This document shows, piece after piece, positions 1 to 11,715 of a stretch of DNA of 64,000 nt. Source of the DNA: Macrostomum lignano (taxonomy: Eukaryota); NCBI GenBank assembly GCA_002269645.1, contig NIVC01001321.1:152858-216857 (forward strand), written 5' to 3'. The number at the start of each line of letters is the position of its first letter. Within the stretch, counting starts at the first letter, position 1. The notes beneath the pieces are model-generated. The model was given only the letters and a program-made list of their open reading frames with translations, was not told the origin of the DNA and made no database searches. The position numbers were made by a program, and so were the translations under genes.

Positions 1-19
1 TCGTTTGTCCGTATTGTCC

Positions 20-665
20 CTGTGATTCTTGTCGCCTGTAATAAGTGGATTCTTGTCACATGTAATAGTGACTTTTGTCGCCTGTAATAAAGGGATTCTT
101 GTCACCTGAGATAAGGGGAGATTCTTGTTACCTGAGATAAGGAAGATTCTTGTCACCTGTGATCAGGGGAGACTCTTGTCACCTGAGATAAGGGGAGACT
201 CTTGTGACCTGAGATAAGGGGAGATTCTTGTCACCTGAGATAGGGGATATTCTTGTCACCTGTGATAAGGGAGATTCTTGTCACCTGTGATAGGGGATAT
301 TCTTGTCACCTGTGACAAGGGAGATTCTTGTCACCTGTGATAGGGGATATTCTTGTCACCTGTGACAAGGGAGATTCTTGTCACCTGTGATAAGGGAGAT
401 TCCTGTCACCTGTGATAGGGGATATTCTTCTCACCTGTAATAGGGGAGATTCTTGTCACCTGTGATAGGGGATATTCTTGTCACCTGTGACAAGGGAGAT
501 TCTTGTCACCTGTGATAAGGGAGATTCCTGTCACCTGTGATAAGGGAGATTCCTGTCACCTGTGATAGGGGATATTCTTGTCACCTGTGATAAGGGAGAT
601 TCTTGTCACCTGTGATAGGGGATATTCTTGTCACCTGTGACAAGGGAGATTCTTGTCACCTGTGA
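20..665. repeat. 21-22 bp minisatellite (gattcttgtcacctgtgataaggga) in a CAD intron
   Basis: Roughly 25-30 tandem units. Confidence 0.95.
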
Positions 666-764
666 TAAAAGGCGATCAAGGTCACTAGTTATATAGCCGA
701 TGCCTGTCCCCTGTCAGATGAAAGTCAAATATTCGACCCCGCACACAAAGGTACCTAAACTCAC

Positions 765-3700
765 CTGTTTAACGAACGGCACAATGCCCAACTCTTTTCG
801 AGTCTTTCTAACCAACGCCTCCAAAGTGTTGCCAGCCCTGGCAATCTGCCTGTCCGAGAAGCCCAGCTGCTTAGCCCGCCGCAGGGTGTCCTCAGACAGG
901 GACTTCCTACCGGCTGCCTCAGCCTCGATATCCGCATAGCAGTCGGTGATGTTGCTGAGCTTGTGCAGGAACCAGCGATCGATTTTGGTCAGCTCGTAGA
1001 TCCGGTCGATAGTCCAGCTGTTGCGCTGCAGAGCCGCGGCCAGGACAAAGACGCGCTGATCGGTTGGCACCAGCAGGCCCTGCTCGGATGGCTCAGATCG
1101 GTAGGGATCGAACCCCGGGATCGAGTCGTCAACCATGCGCAAGGCCTTCTGCACGGCCTCCTCGAACCGCCGACCGATGGCCATGACTTCGCCGACAGAC
1201 TTCATCGAGCTGCCAATCACGTTGCTAACTCGGGAGAATTTTTTCAAATCCCAGCGGGGGATTTTGACTACGCAATAGTCCAGCGAGGGCTCGAAGCAGG
1301 CGGTGGTGCGGCCGGTGACCAGGTTGCGCAGGTCGGGCAGGCGGTAGCCCAGGCTCAGCTTGGCGGCCACGTAGGCCAGCGCGTAGCCGGTGGCTTTGCT
1401 GGCCAGAGCGGAGCTCCTCGACAGTCTGGCGTTCACCTCGATGATGTAATAGCGGTGCGAGTCCGGGTCCAGCGCGTACTGAATGTTGCACTCGCCAACG
1501 ATGCCCAGGTGGCAGACTACCTTGATGGCGGCGCTGCGCAGCATCTGGTATTCGAAGTCTGTCAGGGTCTGCGACGGCGCCACCACGATTGACTCGCCGG
1601 TGTGAATGCCTGCAGGTGGGTTCGGGTTGAGGGCGATTTTTGGGTTCGGGTTGAGGGCGATTTTTGGGTTCGGGTTGAGGCCGATTTTTGGGTTCGGGTT
1701 GAGGGCGATTTTTGAGTTCGGGTTGAGGGCGATTTTTTGGTTCGGGTTGAGGGTAATTTTTGGGTTCGGGTTGAGGGCGATTTTTGGGTTCGGATTGAGA
1801 GCGATTTTTGGGTTCGGGTTGAGGGCGATTTTTGGGGCTGGTGTTGGGACTTTAGAGGCAATCTTGGATGATTTTAAATGCACCTTTGTTTGGCTAGAGC
1901 GTTGATTCGAAGGGCATAGAGTTGATCAAAAGCACTTCTTTCAGGGCATTCCTACCATTATTGGAAACAAATCTTGGGTGGCTTGGAAGCCATCCTAAGC
2001 GTGGTTTTAAAGCAGCTATTATACTCCTATTACTCGTAATTATCCAACATTCCCTGTTAATTCCAGAGCGCATACCCAGCGGATCGAAGTTCTCCATGTT
2101 GCACACGGTGATGCAGTTGTTATAAGCGTCCCGCACAACTTCGTATTCAACTTCTTTCCAGCCTTTCAGCGACTTGTCAACCAGAATTTGGCTGGTGTTG
2201 GCCAGCGCTACGGTGGCCAGCTCGGTGAGCTCCTGCGAGGGCGATTTTCCAGATGCAACAGGTGATGAGGGCGATTTTCAGATTTAACAGGTGAGGAGGG
2301 CGATTTTCCAGATGCAACAGGTGATGAGGGCGATTTTCAGATTTAACAGGTGAGGAGGGCGATTTTCAGATTTAACAGGAGAGGAGGGCGATTTTTAGAT
2401 TCAACAGGTGAGGAAGGCGATTTTCAGATTCAACAGATGAGGAGGGCGATTTTCAGATTTAACAGGTGAGGAAGGCGATTTTCAGATTTAACAGGAGAGG
2501 AGGGCGATTTTCAGATTTAACAGGAGAGGAGGGCGATTTTTAGATGCAACAGGTGAGGAAGGCGATTTTCAGATTCAACAGATGAGGAGGGCGATTTTCA
2601 GATTTAACAGGTGAGGAAGGCGATTTTCAGATTCAACAGGTGAGGAAGGCGATTTTCAGATTCAACAGGTGAGGAAGGCGATTTTCAGATTCAACAGGTG
2701 AGGAAGGCGATTTTCAGATTTAACAGGTGAGGAAGGCGATTTTCAGATTTAACAGGTGAGGAAGGCGATTTCAGATTCAACAGGTGAGGAAGGCGATTTT
2801 CAGATTCAACAGGTGAGGAGGGCGATTTTCAGATTCAACAGGTGAGAAGGGCGATTTTCAGATTCAACGGGTGAGGAGGGCGATTTTCGGATGCAACAGG
2901 TGAGGAGGGCCATCCCTCCAGAGTCCAAACGCACCTTGGCATCGTTGGCAAAGCCGGAGCCGAGGCCGCCGAGGGCAAAGGCGGCGCGCACCATGACGGG
3001 GTAGCCGAGCCTCTCCGCCGCTGCCACGGCCTCCTGCACAGAGCAGGCCGCCTCGGACGGGGCCACCTGCTCGCTGATCTCCTCCATCTTGCGGGCGAAC
3101 ACCTCTCGATCTTCGGTCCATTCAATCGACTCAATCGGCGTGCCCAGAACTCGGACACCGTATTCGTCCAGGGCGCCGCAGTTACGCAACTTGATGCCGC
3201 AGTTCAGCGCCGTCTGGCCGCCGAACGCCAGCAGAATGCCATCTGGGCGCTCGTTGGCGAGCACCTGCGGGATTCGGATTGAGAGATTTGGGATTCGATT
3301 AGGGATTTGGGATTCTGATTGGAGATTTGGGATTTCGATCAGGGATTTGGGATTTTGACCAGGGATTTGGGATTTCGATCAGGGATTTGGGATTTTGACC
3401 AGGGATTTGGGATTCTGATTAGGGATTTGGGTTCGGAATGGGAATTTGGGATTCAGATTGGGGATTTGGGATTCTGATTAGGGATTTGGGATTCTGATTA
3501 GGGATTTGGGTTCGGAATGGGAATTTGGGATTCAGATTGGGGATTCGGGATTCTGATTAGGGATTTGGGATTCCCTAATGATTGGGAATTAGGGATTCTG
3601 ATTGGGAATTAGGGATTCTGATTAGGGATTTGGGATTCTGATTGGAGATTTGGGATTCAGATTGGAGATTTGGGATTCTGATTTGGGATTCAGATTGGAG

Positions 3701-6700
3701 ATTTAGGATTCTGATTTGGGATTTGGGATTCTGATTGGGGATTAGGGATTCTGATTGGGGATTAGGGATTCTGATTAGGGATTTGGGATTCTGATTAGGG
3801 ATTTGGGTTCGGAATGGGAATTTGGGATTCAGATTGGGGATTCGGGATTCTGATTAGGGATTTGGGATTCCCTAATGATTGGGAATTAGGGATTCTGATT
3901 GGGAATTAGGGATTCTGATTAGGGATTTGGGATTCTGATTGGAGATTTGGGATTCAGATTGGAGATTTGGGATTCTGATTTGGGATTCAGATTGGAGATT
4001 TAGGATTCTGATTTGGGATTTGGGATTCTGATTGGGGATTAGGGATTCTGATTGGGGATTAGGGATTCTGATTTGGGATTCAGATTGGAGATTTGGGATT
4101 CTGATTTGGGATTTGGGATTCTGTTTGGAGATTTGGGATTCTGATTGGGGATTAGGGATTCTGACTGGGGATTTGGGTTGGGATTGGGGATTTATAGATG
4201 CAGCAGCAGTTCTCACCTGCTTAACATAGTCCACGGTGATTGGCAAGAAGTAGACTTTATCAGCCATGCCGGTGGAGGTCTGCACGGTGGCAATGTTCGG
4301 ATTAATCAGCACAGTCCTGACGCCCTCCTCTTTCAGGGCTTTGAGCGCCTGCGAGCCCGAATAGTCGAACTCGCCAGCCTGGCCGATGGACAGGCCGCCG
4401 GAGCCGAGGATCAGCACGGTGCGCACAGGCGCCGACTCGGCCGAAGCTCCGTCGGCAATGTCGGCTTGACGCAGCCGCTGCAGTTGCAGCTCGTGCGGCC
4501 TCGGCGAGTAGCGGAACCGCCGCATCAGCCGCTCGTACAAGCTCACGGTGGCGTCGCCGGAGCCTCTGGACGCCTCGATCTGGTCGAAGAACACGTCGAA
4601 TAGGCAGCGCAGGTCCCTGGGCCCGGCGCAGTGCTCCGGGTGGAACTGGACGGTGAAGAACGGCAGCGAGCGGTGCACCAGGCCCTCGTTGGAGTCGTCG
4701 TTAGCGTTGACAAACAGCACCTCCCAGTCGGGGTGGACGGAGCCGTTGTCGACCGCGTAGCCGTGATTCTGGGTGGTGATGAAGCAGCGGCCAGTTGGCG
4801 GGTGCAGGCAGGGCTGGTTGTGGCCCCGGTTGCCGAATTTCATCTTGTAAGTGACGCAGCCGACGGCCAGGGCCGTGAGCTGGTGGCCGAAGCAGATGCC
4901 GAACAGGGGCTTGCCGGCCGACATCCAGGTCCTGATGGTGTCCACTGTGGCCTGAGGGTTGGGAATGGTCATCCGGAGAGGTTTTGATGTCAAATATACA
5001 TGCACACCTTTAATTATTTTAATTGGTCTTCAATTAAGCCGCCGTTATCTACACCTATCCCTTTGATCTTTAATTAAGCCGCCGTTATCTAAACCTATCC
5101 CTTTGATCTTTAATTAAGCCGCCGTTATCTAAACCTATCCCTTTGATCTTTAATTAAGCCGCTGTTATCTACGCTTATCCCTTTGCTCTTTAATGAAGTC
5201 GCCGTTATCTACACTTATCCCTTTCATCTTTAATTAAGCCGCCGTTATCTACACCTATCCCTTTCATCTTTAATTAAGCCGCCGTTATCTACACTTATCC
5301 CTTTGATCTTTAATGAAGTCGCTGTTATCTACGCTTATCCCTTTGCTCTTTAATGAAGTCGCCGTTATCTACACTTATCCCTTTGATCTTTAATGAAGTC
5401 GCTGTTATCTACGCTTATCCCTTTGCTCTTTAATGAAGTCGCCGTTATCTACACTTATCCCTTTGCTCTTTAATGAAGTCGCCGTTATCTACACTTATCC
5501 CTTTGATCTTTAATGAAGTCGCTGTTATCTACGCTTATCCCTTTGCTCTTTAATTAAGCCGCCGTTATCTACACTTATCCCTTTGCTCTTTAATGAAGTC
5601 GCCGTTATCTACACTTATCCCTTTGATCTTTAATGAAGTCGCCGTTATCTACACTTATCCCTTTGATCTTTAATGAAGTCGCCGCTATCTGCACCTGTCT
5701 CTTTGATTTATCTATAAGCTATAAGATATTCGTAATTAGACAATAATCAAATCAGTTTATAACAATAATTAGCTCACCTGACAATGCGTGGGATTTCCAG
5801 GTCCGTTTGAAACAAAGAGGGCGTCATAGTCTGCGGGACTAACTGGCGAATTCCATGGCAGAACCGTCACCCGGGCGCCCAGGCGGCATAGACAGCGAAT
5901 CTGGTTGAACTTGGCGCCGACGTCGAGTACGGCGATGGACACGGCGCCGTCCGGATTGTAGACGCGAGGGGTCTGGATTGACACCCTGCAAGGTAGAGAG
6001 CGGCAGGTAGGACAAATAAGGTCGATTTCTTATTACATAGCCATACGCATATACGAGCTAGATAACTGAGTGGAAAATTCCTGTTGATAGATTCCTCACT
6101 GGAAAATTCCACTGCACAGATTCCTCAGTGGAAAATTCCACTGCACAGATTCCTCACTGGAAAATTCCACTGCACAGATTCCTCAGTGGAAAATTCCACT
6201 GCACAGATTCCTCAGTGGAAAATTCCACTGCACAGATTCCTCAGTGGAAAATTCCACTGCACAGATTCCTCAGTGGAAAATTCCACTGCACAGATTCCTC
6301 AGTGGAAAATTCCACTGCACAGATTCCTCAGTGGAAAATTCCACTGCACAGATTCCTCAGTGGAAAATTCCACTGCACAGATTCCTCAGTGGAAAATTCC
6401 ACTGCACAGATTCCTCACTGGAAAATTCCACTGCACAGATTCCTCAGTGGAAAATTCCACTGCACAGATTCCTCAGTGGAAAATTCCACTGCACAGATTC
6501 CTCAGTGGAAAATTCCACTGCACAGATTCCTCAGTGGAAAATTCCACTGCAATATATTTCTCAATGGAACATTCCACTCACAGCGCGGCCAGGTTGTCCC
6601 GATCCGGATCAACCAGCGGCACGGATTCGGGCGCCTCGCCGTCCAGCACGATGCGGCCGAGCACGCAGCCGCGATCCCGCAAGAACTTGGTCAGCCGGCG

Positions 6701-7141
6701 GGTGTCGGCGCCGAAGAAGCCGGGCACGCCATGCTGTTCAAGCCAGACGTGCAGGCTCTGCTTGGCGTTCCAGTGCGAGTGCTTGCCGTAGCCGTGGCTG
6801 TACACAATCAGGGCCGCGGCGTGGATTTTGGCGGATTCGAACCAGCGCGGCAAGCCGAAGTGATCAACATCGTCTTCGCTAGCGATGCCGTAGTTGCCAA
6901 TGAGCGGGTAGGTCAGCACCAGCATCTGGTTCTTGTAGGACGGGTCGGTCAGGGACTCGGCGTATCCCACCATGCCGGTCTGGAACACCACCTCACCGCT
7001 GGCGCTTTTCACCGCGCCGAACATGTAGCCGTGCTGCTCGAAGGCCGCGTCCGGACACTCCAGGATCAGCCGGGCGCGCCGAGGCTTGGCGCCGACGCTG
7101 CCGCCGCTGCTGCTGACGACGCGGCTCGATACTTCGTCCAT
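765..7141 (-). CDS. CAD: CAD / glutamine-dependent carbamoyl-phosphate synthetase II, 5' part (GATase and CPSase A domain); gene continues past the left edge
   Basis: Exons 7141-6582, 5985-5778, 4951-4217, 3264-2935, 2232-2076 and 1609-765 join in phase with GT-AG ends. Motifs [19 protein letters not shown] (catalytic Cys), [26 protein letters not shown] and [20 protein letters not shown] are present. No mitochondrial presequence is evident. DHOase/ATCase domains are not in the window, so the full CAD fusion is inferred. Confidence 0.93.
1617..1835. repeat. 24-bp minisatellite (gggttcgggttgagggcgattttt), CAD intron
   Basis: About 9 units abutting the acceptor at 1610. Confidence 0.95.
2237..2905. 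repeat. 29-30 bp minisatellite (gagggcgattttcagattcaacaggtgag), CAD intron
   Basis: About 22 units; the last partial unit forms the acceptor at 2233. Confidence 0.95.
3270..4195. repeat. Degenerate GGGATT/CTGATT minisatellite, CAD intron
   Basis: Mixed 6-20 bp units with scattered TTAGGG. A higher-order block appears duplicated (about 3540-3790 and 3840-4070). Confidence 0.93.
5025..5700. repeat. 40-bp minisatellite (gccgttatctacacttatccctttgatctttaattaagcc), CAD intron
   Basis: About 16 units. Confidence 0.95.
6068..6552. repeat. 29-bp palindromic minisatellite (gtggaaaattccactgcacagattcctca), CAD intron 1
   Basis: About 16 near-identical units with no spacers. Confidence 0.97.
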
Positions 7142-7232
7142 GCATAGCAGACAGGAGCAGCTGTGGGTGGGCTGGGGCAGCTCGGAACTTCATGAAGTCC
7201 TGTTACTAATCTGCGAGCGTATTTATCTGAGT

Positions 7233-7655
7233 GGCTGCTCAGTCTGAGGGTCTGGGAGGCTGGCTGCTCAGTCTGAGGATCTGGGAGGCTGGCTGCTCAG
7301 TCTGAGGATCTGGGAGACTGGCTTCTCAGTCTGAGAATCTGGGAAGCTGGCTGTTCAGTCTGGGGATCTGGGAGACTGGCTTCTCAGTCTGAGGATCTGG
7401 GAGGCTGGCTGCTCAGTCTGAGTGTCTGGGAGGCTGGCTGCTCAGTCTGAGTGTCTGGGAGGCTGGCTGCTCAGTCTGAGTGTCTGGGAGGCTGGATGCT
7501 CAGTCTGAGGATCTGGGAGGCTGACTGCTCAGTCTGTGTCTGGGAGGCTGGTTGCTCAGTCTGAGGATCTGGGAGGCTGGCTGCTCGATCTGAGTGTCTG
7601 GGAGGCTGGCTGCTCAGTCTGAGTGTCTGGGAGGCTGGCTGCTCAATGTGAGGAT
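7233..7655. repeat. 29-bp minisatellite (ggctgctcagtctgaggatctgggaggct), between MSL1-like and CAD
   Basis: About 14 units; same family as 8983-9645. Confidence 0.95.
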
Positions 7656-8766
7656 CAGGAGGGTTAGGGCTTATTAGCGCATTAATAATCCCCCAAAGAA
7701 ATAAACCCCAGAATGCACAAAAAGACGTAGGCAGAGATGAAATTACACAACTTTCACATTTAATTTACGTTTCCGCCTTTTTAAAACAGGCAAGCCAGCT
7801 AATAATTAGATTAGTGAGAAATAGTCTAACAGACATGACAGATAAAGAGATGAAAAGCATTCTTGAATTTGCAATTATGAGGATTACAGATGGGGGACAA
7901 TCGGTGGTGGGACAGTTTCAAATAGAAGTGCGGGAGAGAAACCGATTTAGCAGCAGGGCTATTAATAATAAAAATATATGCGTGTGAAACACAAATAAAT
8001 CAGCATGCAACCTAGCGAAAAACTGGAAATTTATATATAATATATATATCTGTAATACGTATGTGTGGCAAACACACACGGACACAGAATAAGCCGCATG
8101 CACGCAGATGACAGCTAGAAGCGGGGGGAGGGCACTACTGACAGTTGAGGAACGGCAGGGTGCAGACATGCCGGAAAGCAAAAAAGTACGCGCGCGTGCG
8201 CAACAAGCCGCATAGCAACTGGCAGCAGACGAAGACTCCGACGGAGCAGAGCTGACTGCCACCTGTTAGGCCGCTTAAAGCAGCTCGCGGTCTCGGCTTT
8301 ATAACAAAAGCAAACAAATAAACAAAATAAAACAGAGGACAAAGGATGACATTGTGCACTAACTAACAGTAACAATAATTTGATAGGAAATAACAATTTC
8401 AGAGAGGCAGCTACGGGGCAGGCAGAGTAAACTATACAACACCGGCTTGTAGCAATTATCGGGGAGGGTGTCTAAAGAATCCAGATTGAAATACAAATAC
8501 TACTGCTAGTAGAGCAACAAATTGCAATTCTCTCTGATTAATTGATAACCAAATAGAAAGTAAAATTTGCCGCCTATAACTTACTGACAATCATCAGTAA
8601 TTGGGGAATATTAACAGGCAATTGTCATTTTATACCGTGCTGTGAGGATACGCAGTCTGAAGCTCACTGTTATCAAAACACACAGCTGGGTGCCTCGGCC
8701 CAGACCACAGCAGTCCGTAAACAACTGTGAGTCTTTGTTCGACTACTCAGTTCAAATGAGCCGGCA

Positions 8767-11715
8767 TTAACGCCTAACGGCGCTCTGAAGCTGACGACGT
8801 CCGCGACCTCGACCTCGGCCGCGGCGGCCTGCCGCGATTGATGAAGTGAGGGACGAGACTGAGGATGAGGACGGGGGCGACTCCGAGACAGCAGCGGCGC
8901 CGTCCGTCAGCTTGGCCAGCCTGAGGGCGGAGGCGATATGGAAAAAGTACATTGCTGAGCTCCAAGGAAATGGGAAGGTCACTGCTCGATCTGAGTGTCT
9001 GGGAGGCTGGCTTCTCAGTCTGAGAATCTGGGAAGCTGGCTGCTCAGTCTGGGGATCTGGGAGACTGGCTTCTCAGTCTGAGAATCTGGGAAGCTGGCTG
9101 CTCAGTCTGAGAATCTGGGAGGCTGGCTGCTCAGTCTGGGGATCTGGGAAGCTGGCTGCTCAGTCTGAGAATCTGGGAGGCTGGCTGCTCAGTCTGGGGA
9201 TCTGGGAAGCTGGCTGCTCAGTCTGAGGATCTGGGAGACTGGCTTCTCAGTCTGAGGATCTGGGAGGCTGGCTGCTCAGTCTGAGTGTCTGGGAGGCTGG
9301 CTGCTCAGTCTGAGGATCTGGGAGACTGGCTTCTCAGTCTGAGAATCTGGGAAGCTGGCTGCTCAGTCTGGGGATCTGGGAGACTGGCTTCTCAGTCTGA
9401 GAATCTGGGAAGCTGGCTGCTCAGTCTGAGGATCTGGGAGACTGGCTTCTCAGTCTGAGAATCTGGGAAGCTGGCTGCTCAGTCTGGGGATCTGGGAGAC
9501 TGGCTTCTCAGTCTGAGGATCTGGGAGGCTGGCTGCTCAGTCTGAGTGTCTGGGAGGCTGGCTGCTCAGTCTGAGGATCTGGGAGGCTGGCTGCTCAATC
9601 TGAGTGTCTGGGATGCTGGCTGCTCAGTCTGAGGGTCTGGAAGGCTTAATCTGAAAATATTTTGAGTAAAAAATAGGAAGCGGAAATTCAAAACTTCGCT
9701 AACGAACCTCTGCTCAAAGTCGGTCAGCGGCTTGCCAACCAGTCGCACTTTGGTGTTATCGAGCAGCTCTTTGGTCTCGGAGTCTGCGGCCGCGCCGGCG
9801 CCATCAGAGGCGGTCCCAGCCGACTTGCCAGACTGCTCGGCGGCAGCCACAGCGGCGGCGGCGTTGGCGGCCCGCTGGAGCGCCTTCTGCTTGAGTCTGT
9901 CGTAGTAAGCTCGCTCCCGCTGCGCCCGCAGGTCCCACAGCTTTCGCCGGCGCTCGTCGGCCTCCTGACGGGTGTGCAGGGATTCGTAGTGCTTGTCGGA
10001 CAGGTCCTCGGTGCCCTCCAGCTTGTAGGTGGGTTTGGTTGGCGGGCAAATTCGCCAGGATGGAGTCTCGATTGACACCTGGGCTGGCCGGCTGTCTGAG
10101 GCTGCTTGGGGGGGGGGGATTGTTAGTTTACACAGAGATTTGATTTACCAAGAGCCTGGTTGCTAATTTTGAGTCTCTAAAAAAGATAAAATAAATAATT
10201 TTCTACACATTTAAGGCTCAATATGTAAATGCATCAGAATGCTCTGATTGGTTGGCAGGCGATATGGTTGATATGGATATTATTCATCTAGATGTGACCA
10301 CCAGTAATAGAAACTCCCCAGATGTGAAATTGGGCTATATAATATTAATGATAATAATATACTAATAATTGATTACACCTGCCCCCATGGACAGATGTGC
10401 AACCGACAGCTCAGGCGCAGCTATTGCGCGGCGCATCTGAAGGCTGCGTACGGCTGTTCAGTCGAAGGACTGGGGGAAGGGGGGTCGCCACACACACCCT
10501 CAATTACCCCAGCTAATGCTCAATGCAGAGTTAAGTGCCTTGTTCAAGGACAAATGAGTCCATGAGAATTTCCCGCAGACGAATTGCCCGCCGAGCTTTT
10601 CCCGCCGAGGTTTGCCCGCAATGCTTTTTTACTGCAGATTTTGTCTACATTGCCTTCACAATGCTTATTACATGTAATAAATCTTAGTAAAGAGATTTAC
10701 ACAATCAAAAGTTTTTGATAGTAACTGCATATCAAATGCATATTTTTTGGGGAGGCCGGGCAATACAGACAGAATCTATAGCTGCCAAATGCGCTGCAGG
10801 AAAAAAGCATTGCGAGCAAACCTCGGCGGGAAAAAACTCCACGGGCAATTCATCCTGCCGGCATTTCTCGTGCTCCCAGGACAAATTCTTCCGAGTAGGA
10901 TCGGGAGTCGAACCTCCGACCTTTCCGCCTATTAGGCTACAACCCCCTTGCTATATATTTGAGCCCTACAGTAGTGCTCCCCAGCTTCATTGCCACTCAC
11001 TGCCGGCGCCGCGAGTCAGTTTAATCCGCTTCTGAGTCGGCTGCCCGCCAAGATTCTGAGCCTGTTGCTGACGCTGAGGCGTGCGCAGCTGCCGGCCGGG
11101 CTGCTGCTGCTCCGCCGGTGCCGACGCCGCCAGAAGCTGCTGCGGCTGCACAGCCGGCAGCACAATGGGCAGAGCCGGATACCGCCTTGCCAGAGCAGAT
11201 TTCTCGTCGTGAATAGACGGCGCAGTCAGGCTGGCCAGCTCGTTGTTGAGCTTCTTGGCTCGCCTGGTGGCGGCGGCTTTGGCCAGACGCCTCTGCTTAG
11301 CCAGCAGCTTCTGGTGCTTGGACTGCTGCGGCCCCTGTCTGCCGGCCGGCTTGCTGCACAGGGCGGAGGCCAGCTGGGCCTGCAGCTGGGCGATCTGGGC
11401 ATCCTTGGCTGCCAGGGCCTGCTGCTGACCCTCCATTATGTCAACGCAGCGGGTGACCAGATCGCGGAGGCTGCCGCGGGAGCTGTTGAAGTAGGCGGCG
11501 GTGGCCGACTGTTGGTGCTGCTGGTGCCGGCCGCCACTGTGCCGCAGGGGGTACAGCGACAGGGACGAGTCCAGATTCTCCGACAAGCCATTCAGCCGCT
11601 CCCAAAGCTGCTTGGCGTTCAAGTCCAGGCTAATCAAGGTGTCCTTGTTGTTGCCAATGGCGTCGCTGACAACGCGACTTCGCTCATCTTGGCTGGTTGA
11701 TTCGGCTGAGCCCAT
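8767..11715 (-). CDS. MSL1: MSL1-like protein (N-terminal coiled coil, C-terminal PEHE domain)
   Basis: Exons 11715-11001 and 10095-9708 join in phase 1. The coiled coil DIMEGQQQALAAKDAQIAQLQAQL and the PEHE-like ETPSWR...EDLSDKHYESLHTRQEADERRRKLWD match MSL1/KANSL1 as recalled. The terminal exon at about 8981-8767 has an unresolved reading frame. Confidence 0.68.
8983..9645. repeat. 29-bp minisatellite in the last MSL1-like intron
   Basis: About 22 units; same family as 7233-7655. Confidence 0.95.
10564..10869. mobile_element. Foldback/MITE-like element with long (about 75-90 bp) imperfect TIRs, in MSL1 intron 1
   Basis: gagaatttcccgcag...cccgccgaggtttgcccgcaatgcttttttactgcag at the left is mirrored by ctgcaggaaaaaagcattgcgagcaaacctcggcggg...ttctc at the right. 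No clear TSD. Confidence 0.7.
10895..10948 (-). other. tRNA-derived (SINE-like) relic
   Basis: A perfect B box GGTTCGACTCC and an A-box-like TAGCCTAATAGG lie only about 13 nt apart, so the anticodon arm is missing. Not a functional tRNA. Confidence 0.35.

Noticed and set aside
963-1592. Plus-strand ORFs antisense to CAD, MSL1-like, NUDT6-like and protocadherin exons (e.g. 963, 4145, 10990, 39736, 42429)
   Set aside because: These are shadow ORFs caused by GC-rich codon usage on the coding strand.
3270-4195. Interstitial telomere
   Set aside because: TTAGGG occurs only as isolated hexamers within longer GGGATT/CTGATT units, not as (TTAGGG)n.
6068-6552. CRISPR-like 29-bp palindromic direct repeats
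   Set aside because: The units are contiguous with no unique spacers, there are no cas genes, and the array lies in a spliceosomal intron.
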